Part shown: piece by piece, positions 8,535-17,620 of the stretch | Numbering within the stretch: position 1 is the first letter of the stretch | Layout: every line of letters begins with the position of its first letter | Assembly (NCBI RefSeq): GCF_000007985.2 | Contig: NC_002939.5 | Span: 3,210,001 to 3,242,000 of the forward strand | Length of the DNA: 32,000 bases | Direction: 5' to 3' | Source of the DNA: Geobacter sulfurreducens PCA | GTDB taxonomy: Bacteria > Desulfobacterota > Desulfuromonadia > Geobacterales > Geobacteraceae | Translations under genes and position numbers: made by a program | Notes under the pieces: model-generated | Database searches by the model: none | Told to the model about the DNA's origin: nothing | The model's input: the letters and a program-made list of their open reading frames with translations, nothing else

Positions 8535-9368
8535 TTACAGGTAGCACTGCTCCCCGAGACACTCCAGTGCCTTGGGAAGCTCCTCGTCACTGGGAGCGAC
8601 GCCGTGGTAGGACGCCTTGTTCTCGAAGAAGGAAACACCTTTCCCCTTGACGGTGCGGGCAACGATGGCGGTCGGCCGGCCGTTGACCTCCGCGGCCTGG
8701 GCCAGCGCGCCGACGATGGCGGCCATGTCGTGACCGTCGATATCGATGACGTTCCAGCCGAAGGCGCGGAACTTGTCGGTGACCGGCTCCACGTTCATGA
8801 CCTTTTCAACCTCGCCGTCGATCTGGAGGCGGTTCACATCAATGAGGGCACAGAGGTTGTCGAGCTTGAAGTGACCGGCGGCCATGGCCGCTTCCCAGAC
8901 CTGTCCCTCCTGGAGTTCGCCGTCGCCCAACAGGGCGTAGACCCGGCTCGCACTGCCGTCAAGACGCAGGCCGAGGGCCATGCCGTTGGCCATGGAAAGC
9001 CCCTGCCCCAGCGATCCGGTGCAGACCTCGACACCGGGGGTCTGCTTGCTGTCCGGATGTCCCTGCAGGTGGCTGCCGAGACGCCGCAGCATCATCAGAT
9101 CTTCTTTCGGGAAATACCCCGTCGCGGCAAGGGCCACGTAAAGAGCCGGCGCCGCATGTCCCTTGCAGAGGACGAACCGGTCCCGTTCGGACCAGGCCGG
9201 ATTGGTCGGATCATGCTTCATTTCGTGGAAGTAGAGGGCGGTCACCATATCGATGGCAGACAGGGAACCACCGGTATGCCCCGACTGGGACGAATGGAGT
9301 GTCTTGACAATGTCGACCCTGAGCCGCCGGGCCGTCTCTTCGAGTTGCTTGATCTTTTCGCTGTCCAC
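8535..9368 (-). CDS. transketolase, N-terminal (thiamine-diphosphate-binding) subunit
   Basis: 277 aa. GTG start with AAGGA 6-7 nt upstream. Motifs SGHTGGSLSAIDM, CKGHAAPALY and GSLGQGLSMANGMA...LLGDGELQEG (TPP motif). Confidence 0.9.
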   Translation of the reverse strand: MDSEKIKQLEETARRLRVDIVKTLHSSQSGHTGGSLSAIDMVTALYFHEMKHDPTNPAWSERDRFVLCKGHAAPALYVALAATGYFPKEDLMMLRRLGSHLQGHPDSKQTPGVEVCTGSLGQGLSMANGMALGLRLDGSASRVYALLGDGELQEGQVWEAAMAAGHFKLDNLCALIDVNRLQIDGEVEKVMNVEPVTDKFRAFGWNVIDIDGHDMAAIVGALAQAAEVNGRPTAIVARTVKGKGVSFFENKASYHGVAPSDEELPKALECLGEQCYL

Positions 9369-9407
9369 AATGGTCCTTTCCGTGGGTGATGTTGGGTGTA
9401 TTTCGTC

Positions 9408-9869
9408 TCAGTCTTTATCGTCTGCCAAGAGAAAATCGAGGATAACCTCATCGAGGCTGGACGGTTTTTCCTGTGGTTTGGCGGGAGGTTTCGGTGGTGG
9501 GGATGACGGGGCGGCAGCCGGCGGGGCCGGCGCAACCTGCGTGGAGGCGACTGCGGGCGCTTGTTCCGGCGCAGCGGCAGGCTTGGCAGCCGGCGCCGGC
9601 TGCCGGGAGGGGAAGGCCCGGTCGTCAAACTCGCCGTTCTTGAGCCGGCGGAGCATGTCCTTGTGTTGTTCCTTCATGAGCTCCTGAACCACCTGATCCA
9701 GGTTATCCATCTTGATGATATCGGCGTAGCTCGTCTTGCGGGAACAGATGATGGTCCCCCCCCGATAGAGGAGGGTTATGATGTGGGGATTGGCAATGCC
9801 GCTGTCTTCCGTCTGAACATGGAAGATCTCGCCCCGGTACATGACGTTGTGGTTGAATCCGACGTTCAT
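9408..9869 (-). CDS. hypothetical protein: compact N-terminal domain, Ala/Pro-rich low-complexity linker, acidic amphipathic tail
   Basis: ATG start, 153 aa. N-terminal domain MNVGFNHNVMYRGEIFHVQTEDSG...LLYRGGTIICSRK. Linker PAPAAKPAAAPEQAPAVASTQVAPAPPAAAPSSPPPKPPAKPQEKP. Tail LDEVILDFLLADDKD. Same strand as the flanking genes, with short gaps. Confidence 0.65.
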   Translation of the reverse strand: MNVGFNHNVMYRGEIFHVQTEDSGIANPHIITLLYRGGTIICSRKTSYADIIKMDNLDQVVQELMKEQHKDMLRRLKNGEFDDRAFPSRQPAPAAKPAAAPEQAPAVASTQVAPAPPAAAPSSPPPKPPAKPQEKPSSLDEVILDFLLADDKD

Positions 9870-9933
9870 GGCTGTCCATCCATCAAGAGACGCAACAGGT
9901 TAAACTAGCACGCAACTCCGCGTAACGCAATGA

Positions 9934-12348
9934 CTAATCCACCCCGAGGAGCGCCTTTATACGCGCCACCGCGTCCATGGCATCCCGGGCATAAAGGTCT
10001 GCGCCGATCCGGTCGGCATACTCCTGGGTCACCACCGCTCCCCCCACCATGGTGAAAGTCCGGATGCCGGCAGCCCTGAGGCGGGCGAGCACGTTTTCCA
10101 TCTCGGTCATGGTTGTGGTCATGAGGGCCGAGAGCCCCACCGCATCGGCCCCGTTGCGCTCGGCTTCCGCCACGATCCGGTCCGCCGGCACGTTCTTGCC
10201 CAGATCGATGACCCGGAACCCGTGGTTTTCCAGCAGAGTGCAGACGATGTTCTTGCCGATATCGTGGATATCCCCTTCCACCGTGGCCATGAGGATGGTC
10301 CCCTTCGATTCCGCCTCTCCTGTCATCTCCTGCTTGAGCCGCGCGAACGCGGCCTGCATGGCCTCGGCCGACTGCATGACCTGGGGGAGGAACACCTGGT
10401 TTTTCTCGAAGCGGCGCCCCACCTCCTCCAGTCCCGGCAGGAGTCCCTCGTTGCTCACCTGGAGCGGCTCAAGCCCATGGGAAAGGGCTTCCTCCACCAG
10501 GGAGACGATTCCCTCTCCGTCGCCGGTTATTACGGCCCGCGCGAGCCGCTGCCGGATATCGGGAAGCTCGCCCGTCGCTGCCGGCTCGGCCGCGGGAGGA
10601 GCAACGCCGGCATAGGCGGCGATGTAGGCGGCGGCGTTCGGATCCCGGTTCAGAAGCACCATTGACGAATGCCAGGCAGCCATCATCTCCTCTTCCTTCG
10701 GGTTCACGATGGCGGCATCGAGCCCGGCAGCCAGGGCCATGGCGAAGAATGCCGAAGAGATGAGCGGCCGGCGGGGAAGGCCGAAGGAGATGTTGCTGAC
10801 CCCGAGGACCGTGGGGCAGCCGAGCCGCTCCTTGACGAGCCGCACCGCTCTCAAGGTTTCCATGGCCCGCTTCTGCTCGGCGCTCACGGTAAGGGTGAGG
10901 CAATCGATCACCACGTCCGGCCGCCGGATACCCGCCTTGCCGGCCGCCTTGACGATCCGCTCCGCCACGGCCAGACGCCCCTCGGCGGTCTCTGGGATCC
11001 CCGTCTCGTCCAGTGCAAGTCCGATCACGGCCGCCCCGTACTTCCGTGCCAGGGGCAGAACGCGCTCCATGCTCTTTGCTTCGCCGTTCACGGAATTAAG
11101 GAGCACCTTGCCGTCGGCGGCCTTAAGCCCCCGCTCCAGGGCGGCGGGATCGGACGAATCAAGGACCAGCGGCGCGCCAACTGCAGTGGCAACGGTAACG
11201 ACGGCCCGTTCCATGGCGGCCGGTTCGTCGATTCCCGGCGTACCCACGTTAACGTCCAGAAGGACGGCGCCGCGGGCGGTCTGCTCCAGGGCCTCCCGCC
11301 GGATGTAGGAGACCTTTCCATCCTGCAGTTCCTGGGCAAATCCCTTCTTGCCCGTGGGGTTGATCCGTTCGCCGATGATGGCGGCAGGAAGCCCTGCGCC
11401 AATGGCCACCACGGTGGTGCGACTGGAGAGGAAGGTAACTCCCTCGGCCGGGCCACAGGCGCGCAGGGACTGATCCCGCAGGGCCAGGGCCTCCCTGATG
11501 GCGCGGATGTGGGCGGGCGTGGTGCCGCAGCAGCCGCCGATGACCCGGACGTTCAGATCCAGCAACCGGTCATGGAACGCCGTCATGTCGTCGGGAGTGC
11601 CGGGGAAGACGGTGGCGCCGTCCACAAGCGTCGGCAGCCCCGCGTTGGCCTGGGAAATGAGAGGAAGCCGCGTAACCCGTCGCATGGCCGCCATGACATC
11701 GCAGATGCCGTCGGGACCCAGGCCGCAGTTGGAGCCGACGATGTCGGCACCGGCCGCCTCCAGGGTCACCGCGGCGGCCTCGGGCGAGGTGCCGAGGACG
11801 GTCCGCCCCTCGTTGTCAAAGGTAAGCTGGGCAATGACGGGGGTTTCCGGCGAAATCTCGCGAATGGCGATGACCGCAGCACGGATTTCCTTGATGTCGA
11901 GAAAGGTCTCCAGGGTGATCAGGTCCGCCCCGGCGTTGATGAGCGCCTGTGCCTGCTCGCGGAAGATGGCGGCCATCTCGTCGAACGACACATCTCCCAC
12001 CGGCTCCACGAACTGCCCCGTGGGGCCGATTGATGCGGCCACGTAGGCCCGGTCGCCGCAGACCTCCCGCGCGATGGCCACGGCCCGGGCATTGATCTCG
12101 GCGACCCGGTCCTGAAGGCCATAGTGCTCCAGCTTGGCACGGCTGCCGCCAAATGTATTTGTAACGATGATATCGGCGCCGGCATCCAGGTATTCCCGGT
12201 GGACGCCGGCAACCACCTCGGGCAGGGTCAGGTTGAGTTCCTCGGGGGACTGGCCGGGTCTGAGCCCCCGCTCCTGGAGCATGGTCCCCATGGCGCCGTC
12301 AAGGACGAGGACCCGCTCGGCAATAGCCTGAAGAAAGGGTTGTTTCAT
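9934..12348 (-). CDS. metH: cobalamin-dependent methionine synthase, short form (Hcy-binding + pterin-binding + B12 cap/binding; no AdoMet reactivation domain)
   Basis: 804 aa. Hcy S-methyltransferase domain VLDGAMGTML...GGCCGTTP. Pterin-binding domain LDVNVG. B12-binding motif EGDIHDIGKNIV...SALMTTT...GGA. The protein ends right after the B12 domain. Confidence 0.9.
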   Translation of the reverse strand: MKQPFLQAIAERVLVLDGAMGTMLQERGLRPGQSPEELNLTLPEVVAGVHREYLDAGADIIVTNTFGGSRAKLEHYGLQDRVAEINARAVAIAREVCGDRAYVAASIGPTGQFVEPVGDVSFDEMAAIFREQAQALINAGADLITLETFLDIKEIRAAVIAIREISPETPVIAQLTFDNEGRTVLGTSPEAAAVTLEAAGADIVGSNCGLGPDGICDVMAAMRRVTRLPLISQANAGLPTLVDGATVFPGTPDDMTAFHDRLLDLNVRVIGGCCGTTPAHIRAIREALALRDQSLRACGPAEGVTFLSSRTTVVAIGAGLPAAIIGERINPTGKKGFAQELQDGKVSYIRREALEQTARGAVLLDVNVGTPGIDEPAAMERAVVTVATAVGAPLVLDSSDPAALERGLKAADGKVLLNSVNGEAKSMERVLPLARKYGAAVIGLALDETGIPETAEGRLAVAERIVKAAGKAGIRRPDVVIDCLTLTVSAEQKRAMETLRAVRLVKERLGCPTVLGVSNISFGLPRRPLISSAFFAMALAAGLDAAIVNPKEEEMMAAWHSSMVLLNRDPNAAAYIAAYAGVAPPAAEPAATGELPDIRQRLARAVITGDGEGIVSLVEEALSHGLEPLQVSNEGLLPGLEEVGRRFEKNQVFLPQVMQSAEAMQAAFARLKQEMTGEAESKGTILMATVEGDIHDIGKNIVCTLLENHGFRVIDLGKNVPADRIVAEAERNGADAVGLSALMTTTMTEMENVLARLRAAGIRTFTMVGGAVVTQEYADRIGADLYARDAMDAVARIKALLGVD

Positions 12349-12441
12349 GGTTCACCAACCTTTGGCAATAGTTACGGATCGATTCGATCGGCCGCCCGGG
12401 GCAGCCCCAGTGCCCGGCGACCGGACGTTGCCCTCACCCGC

Positions 12442-13035
12442 TCACTGGGGCTGACGGGGCTCCGGCTCGGCGGGACGCTCTTTGGAGTAATCGGGCTCTA
12501 TCGGCTGGCGCAGGTCCAGGTGTCCCGTGAGTGATTCGGCCTCGGCGCCGTCCAGAAGGAACCTGACCTGTTTGAGCTGGGGGAAATTGAAGCAGACGGT
12601 ATTCACCACCGAATAGACCGCTGTCATCTCGGAGGAACTGCCGCCGGGGAGACCATCGGCCAACTCACGCCCGAAGTCGATCACCGCCGTATGTCCCTCG
12701 ATTCGCACGTGACGCACGGTTGTCGTGGGGGGAACCGTGGGCTGAAGCGCTCCCAACGGACCATTGATCAACTCGTCCAGGACCGCATCGACACAATCGG
12801 CAAGCTGATCACAGGCGGGGACTTCGCGCCCTTCCCGGGCAAGCCCGTCGCCCTCAGGGGCGGCAAAGAACAGGGTCACCCTGAAACTTCCGGTAGCCCC
12901 AGGCACGGGCTGAACCGTGGGAAGCTCGTGACGCTGACGATATTTGTCGAACATGAGAAGACCGATGACCAGCGCCGCTGCGGTGAAAGCCGCCAGCAGA
13001 ACAAGGCTCCGGCGACGGGGGGTGGAACGCTTCAT
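12442..13035 (-). CDS. GerMN-domain protein (membrane-anchored or secreted)
   Basis: 197 aa. N-terminal anchor SLVLLAAFTAAALVIGLLMF followed by a GerMN-like region (VTLFFAAPEGDGL...VLDELINGP...TAVIDF...VYSVVNT...VRFLLDG). Its ATG overlaps the murI stop (ATGA). Confidence 0.75.
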   Translation of the reverse strand: MKRSTPRRRSLVLLAAFTAAALVIGLLMFDKYRQRHELPTVQPVPGATGSFRVTLFFAAPEGDGLAREGREVPACDQLADCVDAVLDELINGPLGALQPTVPPTTTVRHVRIEGHTAVIDFGRELADGLPGGSSSEMTAVYSVVNTVCFNFPQLKQVRFLLDGAEAESLTGHLDLRQPIEPDYSKERPAEPEPRQPQ

Positions 13036-13850
13036 GGCCGCTCCTTTTCCGCATCGAGACTCACCTGGTAGACATCACCGAGCCTGCCGCCGATGAAGCG
13101 GTTGCCGACCCGAATGAAGCCGGCAGGCACATCAGTGACGAAGAAGTGGTGATTGCCCTGCTCACCGTCCGGCCGGAGCAGGTCACGCCCTCTCAGGATG
13201 TCGGCCACGGTGCGCGCCGTCTCTTCGGCCGAATCCACGAGCCTGACGTCTTCACCAACGGTTTCACCGATGACCCTCTTGAGGAGGGGGTAGTGGGTAC
13301 AGCCGAGTACGATGGTGTCGACCCCCTGCTCCCGCAGACCGGCCAGGTAGGTGCGGGCCGTCAGGCGCGCCACCTCGTTGTCGGTCCACCCCTCTTCGGC
13401 CAGGGGAACGAAGAGCGGACAGGCACGGGTGATCACCTCAACCTCGGGATTAAGTCGCTTGATGGCCTTGGCGTAAGCACTGCTCCGGATAGTCCCCTCG
13501 GTGCCGATAACCCCGACCTTGCCGGTTCGCGTGGTGGCCACGGCCCGGCGGGCACCCGGCTCGATGACGCCGACTACCGGGATGGGAAGCCGCTCGGTGA
13601 GGGCTTCGAGGGAAGCGGCCGAAGCGGTGTTGCAGGCCACCACCAGGAGCTTGATGTCGCGCTTCACCAGGAACGATGCGATTTCGAGGCTATAGCGGGT
13701 GACGGTTTCAGGGGATTTGGTCCCGTAGGGGACCCGGGCGGTATCGCCCAAATAGATGGTATCCTCCTGGGGGAGGACCTTGATGATCTCCTTGAGGACG
13801 GTCAGTCCTCCGACCCCCGAGTCGAAAATACCTATGGCTTTCCAGGGCAC
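13032..13850 (-). CDS. murI: glutamate racemase
   Basis: Motifs IGIFDSGVGGLTV, VVACNTASA and LGCTHYPLL (the two catalytic Cys motifs). The ORF extends to 13907. I prefer the GTG at 13850 (GGAG 7 nt upstream), which places the start directly before the conserved IGIFDSG. Confidence 0.9.
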   Translation of the reverse strand: MPWKAIGIFDSGVGGLTVLKEIIKVLPQEDTIYLGDTARVPYGTKSPETVTRYSLEIASFLVKRDIKLLVVACNTASAASLEALTERLPIPVVGVIEPGARRAVATTRTGKVGVIGTEGTIRSSAYAKAIKRLNPEVEVITRACPLFVPLAEEGWTDNEVARLTARTYLAGLREQGVDTIVLGCTHYPLLKRVIGETVGEDVRLVDSAEETARTVADILRGRDLLRPDGEQGNHHFFVTDVPAGFIRVGNRFIGGRLGDVYQVSLDAEKERP

Positions 13851-14066
13851 GATTCTTCTCCGCACGCGGACGCTCGCCGATATCGCCGGCCCGTGGGCAA
13901 CGGGCATCCCTGCCGGGAAAACGGTCGGCGCTTTCAGTTGTTGCGTCGCTTAAAAATGTATATACTAGGGAAGCCATATTACCTTGTCAAGCCATTTGCC
14001 CGGACACCCAATGGTGTAACCCCGCTTCATTTCAAGGTGAAAGACCGATAGCCGCCTGGAGCTCCC

Positions 14067-14408
14067 ATGGAAAAACAGGAACTGCTCGATAAGACCCGTG
14101 AGACCCTCAGCCCCTTCGAGACGGGAAACATCATCGCGTACATAAAGAGCCTGACGCTCAAAAGCGCCATGGAAAATCCGTGGATCATCAGCATCCTGGC
14201 CATCGTCATCTTTTACGGGGTGTTCAAGAGATCGAAATTCGTCCTGTCGACGGTTTTCGCCATCATCTCCATTACGCTTCTCATCCGGCTCACCCTGCCG
14301 ACGGGAGAGGGAAACGAGCTGACTCTCGGCTCCACCCTTCCCTTTGCCTTCGGCGGCCTCGTGATTGGCGCATTTCTCATCTATTTCATCTTCATCAAAT
14401 CGGAGTAA
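14067..14408 (+). CDS. small integral membrane protein (3 predicted TM)
   Basis: ATG with GGAG 6 nt upstream, 113 aa. Hydrophobic segments WIISILAIVIFYGVF, FVLSTVFAIISITLLI and FAFGGLVIGAFLIYFIFI. Confidence 0.6.
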   Translation: MEKQELLDKTRETLSPFETGNIIAYIKSLTLKSAMENPWIISILAIVIFYGVFKRSKFVLSTVFAIISITLLIRLTLPTGEGNELTLGSTLPFAFGGLVIGAFLIYFIFIKSE

Positions 14409-14415
14409 CATCCCA

Positions 14416-15390
14416 GTGCACCGTGTCGGATTCACAACCACCATCCCGCTGGAGATTGTCCTGGCGGCGGGCATGACTCCCGTTGACCTGAACAATGTCT
14501 TCATCACCAGCCCCCACGCCACCCGGATGATCGAGGAGGCCGAGGTGGACGGCTTCCCCCGCAGCATCTGCGGCTGGATCAAGGGGATCTATGCGGCGGT
14601 GGTCGAGTGCGGCATCCACGAGTTGATCGCCGTGACCGAGGGGGATTGCAGCAACACCAGGGCACTCATGGAGGTGCTGTCGCTGAAGGGGGTGGAGACG
14701 ATCCCCTTTGCCTACCCCCACGACCGGGACCCGGCAGGGCTGCGCTTCGAAATCGAAAAACTCATGCGCCGGTTCGGGGTCGGCTGGGACGCGGTGAAGC
14801 TCTCGCGGGAGCGACTGGGGCGAATTCGGCGCAAAGTCAAGGAGATTGACCGCCTCACCTGGGATGAAAACCGGGTAAGCGGCCAGGAAAACCACTACTT
14901 CCAGGTCTGCACGAGCGACATGAACAGCGACCCGGACCGGTTCGAGGCGGAAGTCGACGCCTTCCTGGAAAAAGCGCGGCAGCGGGAGCCCTTCCGGCAG
15001 CGGCTACGGCTCGCCTACATCGGCGTCCCCCCCATCATGACCGACCTCTACCCTTTTGTGGAAACGCTCGACGCCCGGGTGGTCTTCAACGAAACCCAGC
15101 GCCAGTTCGCCATGCCCTTCGACACGCCGGACCTGGTTGAGCAGTACCGGGCCTATACCTATCCCTACGACATCTTCCACCGCCTCTCGGACATCCTGAT
15201 GGAGCTGGAGCGGCGCAAGGTCGACGCGGTGATCCACTACGTCCAGTCCTTCTGTTTCCGGCAGATCGAAGATATGATCGTTCGCCAGAAGCTCCCCCTG
15301 CCGGTGCTGACCCTGGAAGGTGACAAACCCGGCCCCCTGGATGCACGAACCAGAATCCGGATCGAAGGGTTCCTGGAGATGCTGGCATGA
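14416..15390 (+). CDS. 2-hydroxyacyl-CoA dehydratase family protein (HgdB/BcrC/BadD-like D-component)
   Basis: The ORF runs from 14365. I prefer the GTG at 14416, after the upstream stop, with GGAG about 10 nt upstream. Family-typical sequences are VGFTTTIPLEIVLAAGMTPVDL, ...GDCSN... and ...VIHYVQSFCFRQ....EGD. Its stop overlaps the activase start (ATGA). Confidence 0.85.
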   Translation: MHRVGFTTTIPLEIVLAAGMTPVDLNNVFITSPHATRMIEEAEVDGFPRSICGWIKGIYAAVVECGIHELIAVTEGDCSNTRALMEVLSLKGVETIPFAYPHDRDPAGLRFEIEKLMRRFGVGWDAVKLSRERLGRIRRKVKEIDRLTWDENRVSGQENHYFQVCTSDMNSDPDRFEAEVDAFLEKARQREPFRQRLRLAYIGVPPIMTDLYPFVETLDARVVFNETQRQFAMPFDTPDLVEQYRAYTYPYDIFHRLSDILMELERRKVDAVIHYVQSFCFRQIEDMIVRQKLPLPVLTLEGDKPGPLDARTRIRIEGFLEMLA

Positions 15391-16148
15391 ATCTGGGGAT
15401 CGATCTCGGCAGCAGAAAGGCGAAATTCGCCCTGGTGCAGGAGGGGCACGTGATTCGCCTGGCGGACCACGACACGGTCCCCTTCTACAAGCGCTACGGC
15501 CGACTCGAAGGGGAAGAGCTGGTCCTGGACCTGGCCGCCAGCGGTCTCTTCTCGGCCGAAGAGCTGGAGGGGGCAACGGTGGTGGTCACGGGGTACGGCC
15601 GCAATACCCTGTCGCTGCGGGGCGCACGGGTGGTGTCGGAAATACGGGCCCACGTGGCAGGAGCTCTTGCCCAGACAGGACTCGCCGACTTCACCCTCCT
15701 GGACATGGGAGGGCAGGACACCAAGGTGGCCCTCGTGAAGGCCGGCAAGCTCACCGACTTCGTGATGAACGACAAGTGCGCCGCCTCCAGCGGCCGCTAT
15801 CTGGAAAATATGGCGGCAATCCTGGAGGTATCCCTCGCCGAACTCTCGTCCCACTGGCACGATCCTGTGCCCCTCGATGCCACCTGCGGCATCTTCGGCG
15901 AATCGGAACTCATCGGCCAGATCCTGCGAGGATATCCCGTGGAGCGGCTCTGCGCCGGAGTCAACCAGACCCTGGTAAAGCGGGTGCTCCCCATGCTCAG
16001 GCGCTTTCCGTCCGAGACGGTGGTGCTCACCGGCGGGGTAGCCCACAATCGGGCACTGGTCCGCCTCCTCGAGGAGGCTACCGGGCGTACCCTGGTCGTG
16101 CCGGAGCACCCGCAGCACAACGGCGCCATCGGCTGCGCCAGCATGTAG
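15387..16148 (+). CDS. acyl-CoA dehydratase activase (BadF/BadG/BcrA/BcrD-type ATPase, HgdC-like)
   Basis: 253 aa. MNLGIDLGSRKAKFALV (ASKHA phosphate-1 motif). DMGGQDTK. The NDKCAASSGRYLE and ATCGIFGESE motifs supply the bridging [4Fe-4S] Cys residues. LTGGVAHN. Confidence 0.9.
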   Translation: MNLGIDLGSRKAKFALVQEGHVIRLADHDTVPFYKRYGRLEGEELVLDLAASGLFSAEELEGATVVVTGYGRNTLSLRGARVVSEIRAHVAGALAQTGLADFTLLDMGGQDTKVALVKAGKLTDFVMNDKCAASSGRYLENMAAILEVSLAELSSHWHDPVPLDATCGIFGESELIGQILRGYPVERLCAGVNQTLVKRVLPMLRRFPSETVVLTGGVAHNRALVRLLEEATGRTLVVPEHPQHNGAIGCASM

Positions 16149-16200
16149 GGAGCGCGGTCGCGCCGCAAGCGGGTTACCGCGGGAGGCCGCTTGCGCTCCC
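16148..16200 (+). other. GC-rich bulged stem-loop in the activase / dihaem-cytochrome intergenic region
   Basis: GGGAGC (16148-16153) pairs with GCTCCC (16195-16200), and GCAAGCGG (16165-16172) pairs with CCGCTTGC (16187-16194). No U-tract follows. Confidence 0.35.
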
Positions 16201-16248
16201 CCCCCATGAATGCGTGAACAACTATCCCAGAAGGCCGGAGGTTTTCCT

Positions 16249-16533
16249 GTGAAACTTGCAAAAAAGGACTGGTTTTTTATTGTTCTCATCGTGGTTGTGG
16301 TCGGAGTATTCTGGGCCATCTCCGGTGAAGTAAGGACAAAAAAGGTTCCCCTCGACACCAATCACAAGCGATTCTACGACGCATTCGCCCAAGGAGCGGG
16401 CAAGCTGGATCTGGACCGCCAGTGCGTGGAATGCCACCACGAAAAGCCCGGCGGCATCCCGTTCCCAAAGAACCACCCCGTGAAACCGGCGGACGGCCCC
16501 ATGCGCTGCCTTTTCTGCCACAAGTTCAAGTAG
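16249..16533 (+). CDS. membrane-anchored dihaem c-type cytochrome
   Basis: GTG at 16249 with GGAGG 7 nt upstream (the ORF track starts at 16210). N-terminal TM WFFIVLIVVVVGVFWAI. Two CxxCH motifs (CVECH, CLFCH). Confidence 0.75.
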   Translation: MKLAKKDWFFIVLIVVVVGVFWAISGEVRTKKVPLDTNHKRFYDAFAQGAGKLDLDRQCVECHHEKPGGIPFPKNHPVKPADGPMRCLFCHKFK

Positions 16534-16540
16534 CCGCACC

Positions 16541-17125
16541 ATGGGGGTGCTGAACGTCACCCGGGAACTGGAGCGGCTCATCGCCCACGTGACGGACCGT
16601 GTTCCCGAGCTGGCGCATATCGATCCGACCCGGCTCCTGGTCTGCATTTCCTCTACGCGGGGGACCGGCGTGCGCGGCACCTACGCCCGCATCCACCCCC
16701 TCCGTTTTCCCGGCGGAGCCCGGTCGGTGGAGCGGCGGCGGGGGCGCCATACCTGGGTCAGCACCATGCCGACGGTTGTTCACCGCCAGGTGGAGATTCT
16801 GTACGTCATCTACTTCCTGGTCCCCCGCTTCCTTGATCTCTCCCTCCGCGAGAAACTCATTACGGTCTTCCACGAGCTGTATCATATCTCCCCCGCCTTT
16901 GACGGCGACATCCGCCGTTTTCCGGGCCGTAACTATGCCCACGGCAGCTCGACCCGCCGCTACAACACCCGCATGGGAGAACTGGTTGACATCTATCTGG
17001 CTGACCATGGCGATACTGAACTGCTTGCCTTTCTTGAGGGAAACATGCTGGAGCTGCGCACCCGGCACCGGACCCTGGTGGGGCGAAGGTTCCCGGTGCC
17101 GCGCATCAAAAGCGAACGTGTTTAA
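16541..17125 (+). CDS. hypothetical protein with HExxH motif (putative zinc metallopeptidase-like)
   Basis: 194 aa, ATG 8 nt after the previous stop. Contains VFHELYHISP. I do not recognise a more specific family. Confidence 0.6.
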   Translation: MGVLNVTRELERLIAHVTDRVPELAHIDPTRLLVCISSTRGTGVRGTYARIHPLRFPGGARSVERRRGRHTWVSTMPTVVHRQVEILYVIYFLVPRFLDLSLREKLITVFHELYHISPAFDGDIRRFPGRNYAHGSSTRRYNTRMGELVDIYLADHGDTELLAFLEGNMLELRTRHRTLVGRRFPVPRIKSERV

Positions 17126-17198
17126 AAAAGAGTGCTAAAGAGTCTCTGCACGCTGCCGATATGCTACAAGTAACAACGTCCACCACGAGGGTATCGCC

Positions 17199-17594
17199 AT
17201 GGCAATCGGCTGGAGAGATGATCTGCTGACGGGTGTCGTCGAAGTCGACGATCAGCACAAGGAACTGTTCCGGAGGTTCGGTGAACTGTTGACCGCCTGC
17301 AATCAAGGAAAAGGAGGCGAAGAGGTCCTGCGGCTCTTCAACTTCCTGGACGACTACGTGGTGAAGCACTTCGCCGCGGAAGAGCGGATCATGCGCCAGC
17401 ACGGCTACCCCGACTATCTGGAGCACAAGCAGCAGCACCAGGGGTTCACCCGCCGGCTGGAAGAGCTCAAGCGCCAGTTCCGGGACGAAGGAGCGGGGCT
17501 CTCTCTGGTGATCACCACCAACCATGTGATGATCGAGTGGCTATCGCGGCATATCGAGAAAATGGACAAGGAAATCGCGAAGTACGTCAAGTAG
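17199..17594 (+). CDS. hemerythrin-like metal-binding protein (bacteriohemerythrin)
   Basis: 131 aa. W...L.TG...VDDQHKELF, HFAAEERIM, YLEHKQQHQGF and WLSRHIEKMDKE: the classic His/Glu/Asp di-iron ligand spacing. Confidence 0.9.
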   Translation: MAIGWRDDLLTGVVEVDDQHKELFRRFGELLTACNQGKGGEEVLRLFNFLDDYVVKHFAAEERIMRQHGYPDYLEHKQQHQGFTRRLEELKRQFRDEGAGLSLVITTNHVMIEWLSRHIEKMDKEIAKYVK

Positions 17595-17620
17595 TCTGCA
17601 AGCAGACGTTTCGCAGTGGC

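Noticed and set aside
12349-12441. Possible cobalamin or SAM riboswitch upstream of metH.
   Set aside because: The spacer is only 93 nt. It shows just an imperfect GC hairpin and no B12-box-like sequence that I can recognise. It is too short for a cobalamin riboswitch.
15855-15870. TGGCACGATCCTGTGC, a sigma-54-like sequence on the plus strand.
   Set aside because: It lies inside the activase coding region. The GC of the -12 element is displaced by one position, and there is no TTGC.
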